In this document: piece after piece, positions 1-9,203 of the stretch | Position numbering within the stretch: the stretch's first letter is position 1 | Layout: each line of letters begins with the position of its first letter | Assembly: GCA_965116875.1 (NCBI GenBank) | Contig: OZ220733.1 | Coordinates: forward strand, 4,320,001-4,384,000 | Direction of reading: 5' to 3' | Length of the DNA stretch: 64,000 nt | Source of the DNA: Candidatus Latescibacterota bacterium | Lineage (GTDB): Bacteria; Latescibacterota; UBA2968; GCA-2709665 | Notes under the pieces: model-generated | What the model saw: the letters and a program-made list of their open reading frames with translations, nothing else | What the model was told of the DNA's origin: nothing | Database searches by the model: none | Translations under genes and position numbers: made by a program

Positions 1-2
1 AT

Positions 3-254
3 CTGGGCTGGAGCGAAATCCGGCTTCCCAATCCGGTATTCGTGGGCGATACGCTCTACTGTGAAACGGAGGTCCTCGCCAGGCGCGAGTCGAAGTCGCA
101 CCCGGAAGCGGGCATCGTGAAGGTGCGCACGCGCGGTGTGAATCAGGACGGTCGCGTCGTCATCGACCTGACGCGCAGTGTGATGATCTACAAGAAGGCG
201 CACGCGCCGTCGGGAGAACCCTTTCCCGAGATTCGCGAGGAGAAGAACGGGTGA
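3..254 (+). CDS. MaoC-family (hot-dog fold) dehydratase, 5'-truncated by the window edge
   Basis: Frame is open from position 3: LGWSEIRLPNPVFVGDTLYCETEVL...GIVKVRTRGVNQDG, a typical MaoC C-terminal half; stop overlaps the next start (GTGA). Confidence 0.85.
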   Translation: MGWSEIRLPNPVFVGDTLYCETEVLARRESKSHPEAGIVKVRTRGVNQDGRVVIDLTRSVMIYKKAHAPSGEPFPEIREEKNG

Positions 255-1111
255 AGGCAATGCGGTCCTGGCTGTTCGTGCCGGGCCACCGGCAGCGGAT
301 GATCGAGAAGGCATTCGGTCTGACGACGGACGTCGTGATCTTCGATCTGGAAGACGGCGTCCCGAGGGGCGAGAAGGATGACGCGCGCCGGAAGGTGGCT
401 GCCGCGCTGGTCGGTGCGCCTGCCGGCGCAACCGCGTTCGTGAGAGTTCATGCGGCGGGATCCCCGGATCTGCACGCCGATCTGCGGGCGCTTGCCGGGG
501 CGCGCCTTCAGGGATTCGTGCTGCCGAAGGTGCGGGGTCCGAAGGATGTGCTTGAGATGCACGGATGGCTGGACGGGCAGGAGACGAGGGCGGCATTGCC
601 ATCCGGCAGCGTCAGGCTTTTGGCGACCATCGAGAGCGCGGGCGGCCTGGTCCAGGCTCCCGCGATTGCGTCCGCCACGCCCAGGCTGGAGGGGCTCATG
701 TTCGGGGCGGAGGATTTCGCGCTGGATATGGGCCTCTTTTTGCGTCCGGGTCATGGTTTGTTTGACTATACCCGTTCTGCGCTGGCCGTTGCCGCGGCAA
801 GCGGCGGGATCGGGGCCATAGACAAGGTCTTTACCGACATTCGTGATTCGGACGGACTGGCGCGGGAAGCGCTGCGGGCACGGGACTTCGGATTTGCGGG
901 CAAAGCCGTGATTCACCCGGGCCAGATCGGCGCAGTGAATGAAATCTTCAGCCCCTCAGAGGAAGAGGTGGCGCGGGCAGGGAGGATCGTTGCGGCCTTC
1001 GAGCGCCATGCGGACGGCGGTGCCGCGGCCGTGGACGGCCGGATGGTCGACAGACCGGTGCTGGAACAGGCGCGAAGGATTCTGAACCGCCACGGGGAAG
1101 AACGCAAGTGA
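251..1111 (+). CDS. CitE-like CoA ester lyase (HpcH/HpaI aldolase/citrate lyase beta family)
   Basis: RSWLFVPG, DLEDGV, LPKV, IESA.G, FGAEDF, GKAVIHPGQ and DGRMVD.P motifs. Confidence 0.9.
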   Translation: MKAMRSWLFVPGHRQRMIEKAFGLTTDVVIFDLEDGVPRGEKDDARRKVAAALVGAPAGATAFVRVHAAGSPDLHADLRALAGARLQGFVLPKVRGPKDVLEMHGWLDGQETRAALPSGSVRLLATIESAGGLVQAPAIASATPRLEGLMFGAEDFALDMGLFLRPGHGLFDYTRSALAVAAASGGIGAIDKVFTDIRDSDGLAREALRARDFGFAGKAVIHPGQIGAVNEIFSPSEEEVARAGRIVAAFERHADGGAAAVDGRMVDRPVLEQARRILNRHGEERK

Positions 1112-1235
1112 GCCGGACCGGCCGGCAGACCTTCCGGGACGCGCGTGCCGTTCGCGATCGCTCGCGATCGATGGCGGACGGTACGATCCGGGGCGCGTTT
1201 TTTCCCGGGAGCGCTTCAAAGGACGAGAGGATCCC

Positions 1236-2441
1236 TTGCAGGAACGACACCAGCACCCGCCATTGGCCGGAATAAGGATCGTCTCCGTGGAGCAGTTCGG
1301 CGCGGGTCCATGGGGGACCATGATGCTCGCGGACCTGGGCGCGGAGATCATCAAGGTCGAAAATCCAGGGACACGCGGCGACGTCGCACGTTACGTGCCG
1401 CCGTATACCGGAGATCGGGACAGCCTGTATTTCCAGAGTTTCAACCGGAACAAGAAGAGTATCACGCTGAATCTACAGCATCCGGAATCCAGAGAGGTGT
1501 TGCATCGCCTCGTGAGGTTCTCGGAGGGCGTGTTCAACAACCTGCGTGGAGACCTTCCCGCCAGGCTGGGTCTGGACTATCCGTCCCTGAGTCAGGTCAA
1601 GGCTTCCATCGTATGCTGCTCGCTTTCCGCGTTCGGGCGCAAAGGACCCCGCGCGGACGAGCCGGGTTACGACTATCTGATGCAGGGCTATGCCGGCTGG
1701 ATGAGCCTTACGGGAGAGCCGGACGGACCGCCGACGAAGACGGGACTTTCCCTGGTGGACCTTGGCGCCGGCGCCATGGCGTCTCTGGGCATGGCAAGCG
1801 CGATTTTCCGCGCCAGGCAGACGGGTCTGGGGTGCGACGTGGACGTGAATCTGTTTGATACGGCGCTTGCGCATCTGGGATACGTGGGGGCGTGGTACCT
1901 GACCAGAGGGTACGAGGCGCACCGGACGCCCGATTCTTCTCATCCGTCTCAGATCCCGTCGCAGGTGGTGCCGACGAAGGACGGCTGGCTCGTGGTGATG
2001 TGCGCGAAGGAGAAGTTCTTCCGGAATCTCGCAGGCATTCTGGGGGTGCCCGAACTTGCGGAAGATCCCCGGTTCCGCTCCTTTGCGGATCGCCTGGAAA
2101 ACCGGGACGCGCTCGTTCCGATTCTGAAGGACCGATTCCGAACGAAGACCACGGCTGACTGGCTTGCGCTGCTCAGGGGCAGGGTACCCTGCGCGCCGGT
2201 GAACACCGTTGCGCATGCCTTTGCCGATCCGCACGTGGACGAGAACGACATGATACTGGAACTCCCGCATCCCGAGTTCGGCAAAGCCCGGGTCGTGGCG
2301 AGCCCCATAAAGGTCGATGGCCCGTCGGTCGAACCCCGGCGCGGTCCCTCGCTGGGAGAACACAACGAGCCGATTCTGCGAGACATTCTGGGCTATTCAT
2401 CGGCGGAGATCGAAAACCTCCGCAGCGAAGGCGTCGTCTGA
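1236..2441 (+). CDS. Family III CoA-transferase (CaiB/BaiF)
   Basis: PLAGIRIV...GPWGTMMLADLGAEIIKVE, NRNKKSITLNL, GYDYLMQ, catalytic-Asp region LVDLGAG, PSLGEHN. Confidence 0.93.
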   Translation: MQERHQHPPLAGIRIVSVEQFGAGPWGTMMLADLGAEIIKVENPGTRGDVARYVPPYTGDRDSLYFQSFNRNKKSITLNLQHPESREVLHRLVRFSEGVFNNLRGDLPARLGLDYPSLSQVKASIVCCSLSAFGRKGPRADEPGYDYLMQGYAGWMSLTGEPDGPPTKTGLSLVDLGAGAMASLGMASAIFRARQTGLGCDVDVNLFDTALAHLGYVGAWYLTRGYEAHRTPDSSHPSQIPSQVVPTKDGWLVVMCAKEKFFRNLAGILGVPELAEDPRFRSFADRLENRDALVPILKDRFRTKTTADWLALLRGRVPCAPVNTVAHAFADPHVDENDMILELPHPEFGKARVVASPIKVDGPSVEPRRGPSLGEHNEPILRDILGYSSAEIENLRSEGVV

Positions 2442-2477
2442 TTCATCGCATCCGGGCCTCTCCCCGTCCCATCAGAA

Positions 2478-2608
2478 GCGGGTAGACGGGAGACGTAAGA
2501 CGGTAGAAGATATCCTTGCCCGTTAATCTATCCCTCCTTGCCTCCGGCACGAATAGAAGCCTCACAAGGCAGGTGATCTCTACCCTCTACCGGCTCCCGT
2601 CTACCCGC
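2478..2608. repeat. 15-bp perfect inverted repeat embedded in degenerate 7-mer tandem repeats
   Basis: GCGGGTAGACGGGAG (2478-2492) and CTCCCGTCTACCCGC (2594-2608); GGTAGAC-like units on the left, TCTACCS-like units on the right. Confidence 0.8.
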
Positions 2609-2699
2609 ATTTGGTCTACCGTCTGCCCTCGGTCAAGCTCTTTGTGGACGATATTGCGTTCATCTTTTTTTGAAATGAGGAGAATAAAAGGGAGGCTTA

Positions 2700-3545
2700 A
2701 TGGGCGAAACAGTAACGCTACCTGCGCATTACTACCGTCAGCACGACGCGGACCTGGGCGCCGATATTCCGGGGCGCGGGTACGCGGGCTGGACCACGCG
2801 GTTGCTGGACGTGCCGCTTGAAAGAACGGCGCTGGTAAGCATGCACGCGTGGAATCCCGGCCTGGTGGACGCAATCCCGCCGGGACCGGGGTCGCCGTAC
2901 GACGGCTGGTTCCGTATGGTGGAATATCTGCCCAGGGCGATGAGGATCTCGCGGGACGTCTTTCCGCCGCTGCTGCAGGCGGCACGGCAGGCCGGTCTTA
3001 CCGTGATTCATGTCGGATCGAGCGAGAGTTATACCGCGTCGTACGGGGAATATCAGCGCATTAAGGCAATGGCGGGGGAGGAGGCGCAAGCCGCGCCGGG
3101 CGCGGTGGAAGACGCGTTGAGGAAGCAGTGGCAGGCGGACCGCGGCAGGCAGATGACCGGCGCGCACAACCAACCGGATATCTCGGCGGGGTTCAAACAC
3201 ATCGACTTTGCGCCGCAGGCAGTTCCCGACGCCGGCGAGCCCGTGGTCATCAATTCCCATCAACTCAACGCCGTATGCCGGGAGCGGGAAATCTGGCACC
3301 TGATCTATATCGGGTTCGCCATCAACTGGTGCCTGCTCGCCAGCCCGGGCGGCATGATCGATATGGGACGGATGGGGTACGTATGCTCCACCATCCGGCA
3401 GGCCACGACGGCCGTGGAGAACGGGGAGAGCTGCACGGAGGAATGGGCCAAGGAGATCGCGTTGTGGCGGGTCTCGCTGATGTTCGGGTACGTGTTTGAC
3501 CTCGACCCGGTGATGAAGGCGCTCGGTCAGTTGTCGGATGAATAA
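2700..3545 (+). CDS. Hypothetical protein, divergent isochorismatase/cysteine-hydrolase-like fold
   Basis: RBS GGGAGG; RTALVSMHAWN, AARQAGLTVIHV and LIYIGFAINWCL resemble the cysteine-hydrolase scaffold, but the usual catalytic Asp is not evident. Confidence 0.55.
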   Translation: MGETVTLPAHYYRQHDADLGADIPGRGYAGWTTRLLDVPLERTALVSMHAWNPGLVDAIPPGPGSPYDGWFRMVEYLPRAMRISRDVFPPLLQAARQAGLTVIHVGSSESYTASYGEYQRIKAMAGEEAQAAPGAVEDALRKQWQADRGRQMTGAHNQPDISAGFKHIDFAPQAVPDAGEPVVINSHQLNAVCREREIWHLIYIGFAINWCLLASPGGMIDMGRMGYVCSTIRQATTAVENGESCTEEWAKEIALWRVSLMFGYVFDLDPVMKALGQLSDE

Positions 3546-3792
3546 CGACCGGTTCGGGAGCCGATAGGTCGCGCGAGACGGACCCGCCTTGATTCGCAAT
3601 TGTTCGGGAATCTGATTGTCGATTATATACGGAAGAACAGAGGCGAATTGACGTCAAAGGTACCGGATGCTTGAGGTCACCGGACGTGTCGGGAGATTTC
3701 ATCCATTTAAGCGACCTCAACATCCCGTTTTCGCACCGTCACCTTCTGTGCCTTTTGTGGTAAATTGGCCTTTGTCTTCTTTCGAAATGAGG

Positions 3793-4455
3793 CTAGAGTG
3801 CCGTGACCAGGGCGATGCTTCCCACAACGAGCAGGGAGACGGCCCAGATCAGATCGAAGTTGATCCACTTCCGCCTCAGCACGGCCAGGCCCAGCTTCCG
3901 GTACACGATCCAGGCGACCGCGCCCATGACGAGCCACATGGCCAATGTGTGGACGCCCACGGCCAGAAGGACGTCTGCCAGCGAGTTCACGTCCGGCGGA
4001 CCGTGGCCGTGGTTGGCGGCCGCCACGCCCAGAAGGGCCGGAATCACCATCAATCCCGCGCCATGGGCGGTGGCCATCAGGAACGACCAGGCGAAGAGAT
4101 CTCCGGGCCCGACCTTCATGCCCACCCATCGAGGATGCCGGTAGTAGTTGAACAGCTTGTAGATCCCGAAGGCGATCAGCAGGAGGGCGGTTATCCACTG
4201 CAGGGCGGACAGGGAGACAAAATGGAGGCCTGCCAGTACCAGACCGGCGACGACGGCTACCGAGGCGGCATGGCCGGCCGCGATGGGGAAGAGGGCAATC
4301 CAGACCGCGCGTCCGCTGTTGTGCTGGAGTCCCAGAGACAGGGCGAAGAGCCAGCCCATACCGGGATTCAACCCGTGAAAGGCGCCGAAGCCGATCATCG
4401 CCAGCCACGGCCCCATCCCGTCAGGAAGGGTAGCAGAAAGAGTCGGTGGAGGCAT
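3793..4455 (-). CDS. Integral membrane protein adjacent to SBP56
   Basis: Several hydrophobic helices with GAFHGLNPGMGWLFA, WSFLMATAHGAGLM and W.NFDLIWA motifs; overlaps the SBP56 3' end. Confidence 0.8.
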   Translation of the reverse strand: MPPPTLSATLPDGMGPWLAMIGFGAFHGLNPGMGWLFALSLGLQHNSGRAVWIALFPIAAGHAASVAVVAGLVLAGLHFVSLSALQWITALLLIAFGIYKLFNYYRHPRWVGMKVGPGDLFAWSFLMATAHGAGLMVIPALLGVAAANHGHGPPDVNSLADVLLAVGVHTLAMWLVMGAVAWIVYRKLGLAVLRRKWINFDLIWAVSLLVVGSIALVTAL

Positions 4456-5818
4456 CTCCTCCTTCCAATCGGACCTGATGGACGCGCGTTTCGCCGAAGT
4501 CGATGAAGAAACCGGGGTCCAGTTCCAGGCCTCCGTCGGGGTCCGCGCCGGCTTTCGCCATCCAGCCGTTCATCCCCGCCGGATAGAACTGGTCGTCCCA
4601 GGCGCTGTAGAGGGAGTTGGTAAAGTAAATCCTCCGGCCGTCCCGGCTGATCTCCACCATTTGAGGTCCACCCGACAATGAGCCGTCACGCTTTGCGTGC
4701 GGTTTTTTGTTTACGATGCCCCCGATTTCCACCTTTCCGGTCAGGACCGGCTCGAATGGATCGGAAACGTCGTACTGATGCAGTTCGCCCAGGCCCCAGC
4801 AGGAAACGTACAGAAACCTGTCGTCCAGCGAGAGGTCGATATCGGTGACCAGGGGCGGTACGGCTTCGAACGCTTTCAACACGGGCGGCAGGTCCGCGGC
4901 GCCGGCCGGCACGGGTGGAATCGTGATCACCTTCCGCATTCGCCACGCGCCGTTTTCGCGGAACCAGGTCCAGATGGATGCGGACAGGTCCGCCGTGCTG
5001 ACGACCACGCCGGCGAAACCGTAGGTCTTCCGCGGGTCGTGTGCGGGACGCAGCTCGAGGAGCATCTGATTCTCGGGGCCGATGTCGACCGTCTGGTCGA
5101 GCCGGCGTTTTCTGAGGTCCCAGAAGTGGAGCCGGTGGCCGTACCGGTTCGCCAGCAGGTCCTCCGGCACCACCCCGTTCTCGAATTGCTCCGGCTTCCC
5201 CCATTCGCTGCTCATCATAACGTCTTCCGCGAGGTGCCACCAGAAGTCATACGCCAGTTCCTGCGATCCGCGATGGATTTCCCACGGCCCGATGACGTCG
5301 AAACTGAAGTGGTCCAGCAGGAAGATCCCTCCCGGGCCGTCGCTGTCGTTCGCCGGTCCCAGCGCGCTGACGTAGATCGCGTCGGGACCGCAGTGGACGG
5401 TGTGAGGCCGGCTGTAGCCCGATCTGGACATGAGCTCGTCAGGCTCTATGATCTTGATAATATGGGGCCTGGCGGGGTCCGGCCTGGTATCCACGATGTA
5501 GATGCGTGAGGTACGCAGTGCGGGCAGGATGAGGTAGCGTCGCTCCAGGTGAGGATGAGGCGCATAGGGGCACAGGGCCGAACTGCAGGCGTTCCAGCCG
5601 AAATGGTGGAGTTCGTCTCCGGTATACGGCATCTGAAGCGAGTAGATGTTCTGACTGTAGGTGGGGGACTCTGTGTCCAGATCCACCACGCACAGGGCAT
5701 CGGGTCTGTCGTTCGCGCCGGGATTGAGAGCGGACACGTACCCGTATCGCTCCCGGGGGGCCTGCATGGCCATCCTGGGCGACGGGTAGAACGTTGGGTC
5801 GGGCTTCCATAGTGGCAT
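4421..5818 (-). CDS. Selenium-binding protein SBP56 / methanethiol oxidase family
   Basis: DPTFYPSP, GDELHHFGWNACSS, SRPHTVHC, YDFWWH, GGPQMVEISRDGRRIYFTNSLYSAWDDQFYP, GGDASTD. Confidence 0.93.
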   Translation of the reverse strand: MPLWKPDPTFYPSPRMAMQAPRERYGYVSALNPGANDRPDALCVVDLDTESPTYSQNIYSLQMPYTGDELHHFGWNACSSALCPYAPHPHLERRYLILPALRTSRIYIVDTRPDPARPHIIKIIEPDELMSRSGYSRPHTVHCGPDAIYVSALGPANDSDGPGGIFLLDHFSFDVIGPWEIHRGSQELAYDFWWHLAEDVMMSSEWGKPEQFENGVVPEDLLANRYGHRLHFWDLRKRRLDQTVDIGPENQMLLELRPAHDPRKTYGFAGVVVSTADLSASIWTWFRENGAWRMRKVITIPPVPAGAADLPPVLKAFEAVPPLVTDIDLSLDDRFLYVSCWGLGELHQYDVSDPFEPVLTGKVEIGGIVNKKPHAKRDGSLSGGPQMVEISRDGRRIYFTNSLYSAWDDQFYPAGMNGWMAKAGADPDGGLELDPGFFIDFGETRVHQVRLEGGDASTDSFCYPS

Positions 5819-5959
5819 CGTTGCGCGTTCCTTACCAATGGGAGATTCAGGTTTTTTGCTGTGCCGGTCGCGTTGAGGGCAATGCGGTGAAAAAACGACG
5901 CGTCCAGGGCCCTCCGGAAAAGGACCATCCGTCGGTCGAGGGCGGACACCCGGCTGCCG

Positions 5960-7993
5960 TCAGAATTTCCGATAGTCGATGGGCCCCGGCTCCGAAACAA
6001 ATGGACGGCCCGAGACCTCGAGAGAGGAACCGGCGGCGAGCAGACCCGTCTCGACATTGTCATCCACGGTTCGGACGTGCGCGAACTCGGCATCCGTCCG
6101 GACTTCGTTGAAGGCGACCGTATACCCGGGTCCGGCCGTGAGTACGGTGTCGGCCGCGTTGCCCGTGCGAATGCGAATGGCGCAGCCCGAGGCATCGCCG
6201 GTGGCGTCGATTTCGGGCGGGCACGCGTCCTTTTGATGCGGGACGAGCGCCACGATGCAGAACAGCGGGCTCCAGAACCAGTCGTACCGCACCCGCGGAT
6301 GGTCGTGGAATCCCTCCTCGCGCCATCGGCCCGGCCACGGTGTCGCAATCTGGACGTCGCACCGGTTTTTACGCCTGCATCCGACGATGGATACCCGGTC
6401 CCGACCGCACTCCAGCCGATTGCCGGCCGCCGTGTGCAGCAGCCACGAAAGCATCGGCCGGTCGTGCATTTCGAAATCGAGGCGGTCGACAACAATCACC
6501 GCCGCGGGCGCGCCGGCCGCATCCGGCAGGCAGAGCGTCCTCCGGACGAAACGCTGAGCGCTTGCGTAACTTTCTCCCGCCTCGGACTCGATGTAGGGGA
6601 AAGCCCCCTGAATGTCCGCGCGGACGATGCCGTCATCACCGGCGGGGCCGCGGCGTTGCATCTCGCCCATCACCAGGGGCAGATTGTGGGCTTCCCCCAG
6701 CGCGCCCAGGCGAAGGACTTCGGTGGTGTCGGGGAGCCTTTCAAGGGCGTATCCGGAATCGCATGCGAAAGATTCTCCGAGGGCGTGCAGCGCGAAGTGG
6801 TTGCGATCGGCCTGCCGGTGTCCGCCCGCGGGGAAAACGTCGCACAGAAATGAAAGGAGGAAGTCTTCGGACCGCCACCCGGACCGGACGTCCACCAGCC
6901 CCCGGTTGCGAAAGTGCCTGACCCCCGGCATGTTCAGACGATCCGGAGGTACGGGCTCTACCGAAGGGTCGTAGTACAGTAGATAACGCGTAACGGTGTC
7001 GCTCCAGCCGTCGGCCGGCAGATGCCAGGTTTCGCCGCCGGACGGCGGTCTGTCGATGGTCTGCCAGAGCCATTGCGCGAGACCGCTGTTCTGCTGAGAA
7101 GCCAGAAGGGAAAGCCATTCGACCTGGAACCCGTCATTGCAGTCGTTCAGTGGATTGGGCCGCCCCGTCGCAGGGATGAGTTCATACGCCAGACCCTCCG
7201 CGATGCGTTCCCATCCGGGGTGGCTCGTGAGCTCCCGGTCCCCGCAGGCGGCCAGCGCCAGAGCGAACGGGGCGAGGTAGTGCAACGTGGCGCTGCCGTA
7301 CGCCGGACCTTCGTAAAAGGCGCCGTCGCCGTCGTGACCCTTTTCGAGGAAGAGCAGGCACCGTTTTTTTCCGGACGTCAGCGCACGGTCGAATCGTGAC
7401 TCGTCCAGTACGCCGTAACCGCGCAGTACCAGTCCGAGCAGGCCCAGCCCGATGAGGCCGATGGCGGCCATGTTCCAGTCGGGTCGGGTTTCCCCGGGAT
7501 CCGGCGGATTATCGAGCGTATAGTCGATGAACGGCAGGCAATAGGCGCCGATTTCCAGGCGTTCCGCGTCTGTCAGCTCCTGCCGTAACAGGTCCAGTCC
7601 GATGGCCAGAACCATGGAACTTGCGCCGGCGTCCAGGCAGTTGTCCCGCCACGTGCTGTACGGACGCCCATAGTTCGTGCCGCCGCAGTTCTCCACGATG
7701 CGGTGCTTCACGATCGTCCGGAGAATGTTGCATGCCTCCGCCGCGTACTTTCCGTCGAGAAGGATGCCGCCCACGGCAAGGGTTTCGATCGCCTTGGGAA
7801 GCAGACGGCCGCCGGGCCTGGTCCGCCAGAAAACCGATTTTCGTTCGTTATAGTCGATGTATGCGGGCGATGCCGAATCGATATGGCCTTCGCAGGCCTC
7901 CCGGAGGTTGCTCTTCAGTGAGGTGACGATCGGGCTGGCGTCAGTCCGACGGTTCTCCAGAATGGGCCGAAACAGAGATTGCGGAAGATTCAT
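5960..7993 (-). CDS. Heparinase II/III-like polysaccharide lyase (alpha-toroid plus beta-sandwich)
   Basis: DGAFYEGPAYG, NDC, RSGW, GGHRQADRNHF.L...GE.FA.DSGY and AHN motifs; likely start MNLPQ at 7993; no signal peptide. Confidence 0.7.
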   Translation of the reverse strand: MNLPQSLFRPILENRRTDASPIVTSLKSNLREACEGHIDSASPAYIDYNERKSVFWRTRPGGRLLPKAIETLAVGGILLDGKYAAEACNILRTIVKHRIVENCGGTNYGRPYSTWRDNCLDAGASSMVLAIGLDLLRQELTDAERLEIGAYCLPFIDYTLDNPPDPGETRPDWNMAAIGLIGLGLLGLVLRGYGVLDESRFDRALTSGKKRCLLFLEKGHDGDGAFYEGPAYGSATLHYLAPFALALAACGDRELTSHPGWERIAEGLAYELIPATGRPNPLNDCNDGFQVEWLSLLASQQNSGLAQWLWQTIDRPPSGGETWHLPADGWSDTVTRYLLYYDPSVEPVPPDRLNMPGVRHFRNRGLVDVRSGWRSEDFLLSFLCDVFPAGGHRQADRNHFALHALGESFACDSGYALERLPDTTEVLRLGALGEAHNLPLVMGEMQRRGPAGDDGIVRADIQGAFPYIESEAGESYASAQRFVRRTLCLPDAAGAPAAVIVVDRLDFEMHDRPMLSWLLHTAAGNRLECGRDRVSIVGCRRKNRCDVQIATPWPGRWREEGFHDHPRVRYDWFWSPLFCIVALVPHQKDACPPEIDATGDASGCAIRIRTGNAADTVLTAGPGYTVAFNEVRTDAEFAHVRTVDDNVETGLLAAGSSLEVSGRPFVSEPGPIDYRKF

Positions 7994-8067
7994 CGCTGAT
8001 TCCCTTAAGAAATTGTCTTGGAACTCCCGGCGGTCTTCGCACCGGCGTCGCGCCGGACGGGCCCGGA

Positions 8068-8832
8068 TCAATCCCCGTCCGTTCCCGGCGGCATGAAGAT
8101 TTCCCGCCGCCGGCCGTCGCTGTACCCGTCCACCTCGCTGAGCACCACGCCGGGACTGGCCAGCGCCGCCCTGACGATCTGGCGGTTGAAGGTGTGCACG
8201 TAGTCAGACGTCAGGTACTCTTCAACGGGCATCCAGAGACATTCTTCGATCTCCTCGGGCTGAGGGACGATATCGTAAGAAAGCGGGCTGAGGCGGCACA
8301 CAAAGTAAATGTCGGACTTGTCGTGGCGGTATCCGTGCCAGTGACGGAAACACACCATCGCTTCAAATGAGGTTTGAACTCCCGTTTCTTCCCGGATTTC
8401 CCGGACGACGGCCTCGGCCAGGTGTTCGCCGGGATGCAGCGCGCCGCCCGGCAGCTTATAGTACGGCCTGCTGCCGCCGCGGTGTTTTTCGCAGACAACC
8501 AGAATCTCGTGTTTCTCGCTGATGACCACCCCTCCCGCGCCAATATAGTGGGTGGCGAAGCCGGGGATGAACGCGTCTTCGACCAGCGGTCGGGTCAACA
8601 GGAGATACGCGTCGCCGCTGTGGTGAAAAGAGAAACCCGCCTGCACCGCAACGGGTATGAATTCCGACTTGCCTATGGGGACCTCCAGCCATACGAGTTG
8701 ATAGCCCCCGGTTTTCCAGGTCGCCAGGGACAACGAGAGGCGATGACTGAACGAATGAACGTCTGATGGAAGGCGTTCGGGGCTGATGACAATGCCGTTG
8801 AAGGCATTGGTTGTATGTTCGAGCACTTCCAT
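8068..8832 (-). CDS. Nudix hydrolase, NUDT6-like
   Basis: Nudix box GGALHPGEHLAEAVVREIREETG; N-terminal VWLEVP...GFSFHH domain; SDIYFVCRL. Confidence 0.9.
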   Translation of the reverse strand: MEVLEHTTNAFNGIVISPERLPSDVHSFSHRLSLSLATWKTGGYQLVWLEVPIGKSEFIPVAVQAGFSFHHSGDAYLLLTRPLVEDAFIPGFATHYIGAGGVVISEKHEILVVCEKHRGGSRPYYKLPGGALHPGEHLAEAVVREIREETGVQTSFEAMVCFRHWHGYRHDKSDIYFVCRLSPLSYDIVPQPEEIEECLWMPVEEYLTSDYVHTFNRQIVRAALASPGVVLSEVDGYSDGRRREIFMPPGTDGD

Positions 8833-8855
8833 ATCGGGATCCTCTAGATCCTTTT

Positions 8856-8906
8856 CGGCGCTTTTTCAGCCGCGCGAAGACCGCCGGGAATATTAAGACA
8901 GCGTCT
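8856..8906 (+). mobile_element. Partial copy (right end) of TIR element family A
   Basis: CGGCGCTTTTTCAGCCGCGCGAAGACCGCCGGGAATATTAAGACAGCGTCT aligns with the right end of 23544-23731. Confidence 0.75.
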
Positions 8907-8976
8907 GAATGTAAACAGCACGCGGCCGGTTTACAAGTGGTTTTGGCCAGGATTCGTGTGTTTTTGTGGACGTTAA

Positions 8977-9005
8977 CAGCCCGGATGGACTTTTCCAACG
9001 GGCCG
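8977..9005 (-). mobile_element. Collapsed remnant of TIR element family B
   Basis: CCGGATGGACTTTTCCAACGGGC is the reverse complement of the left end of 13614-13759. Confidence 0.7.
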
Positions 9006-9203
9006 TCAAGCCACGCTTCAGGGCTATTCGTCGCGTCGCCGCGTTGCTGATTTTTCGAATTGGGATTCATAAGGAAAGGTTTTGGCTTGACAGGGTATGG
9101 ACCGGGGTTGATATTGACGGTCCTTTCGGGTTGCGGAAAGCGGGCTTGCGTTCGCTTTTTCGTTTTTGCAAGGAGTTCCGGATCAGAGGCCAGGAGGTGG
9201 TGG

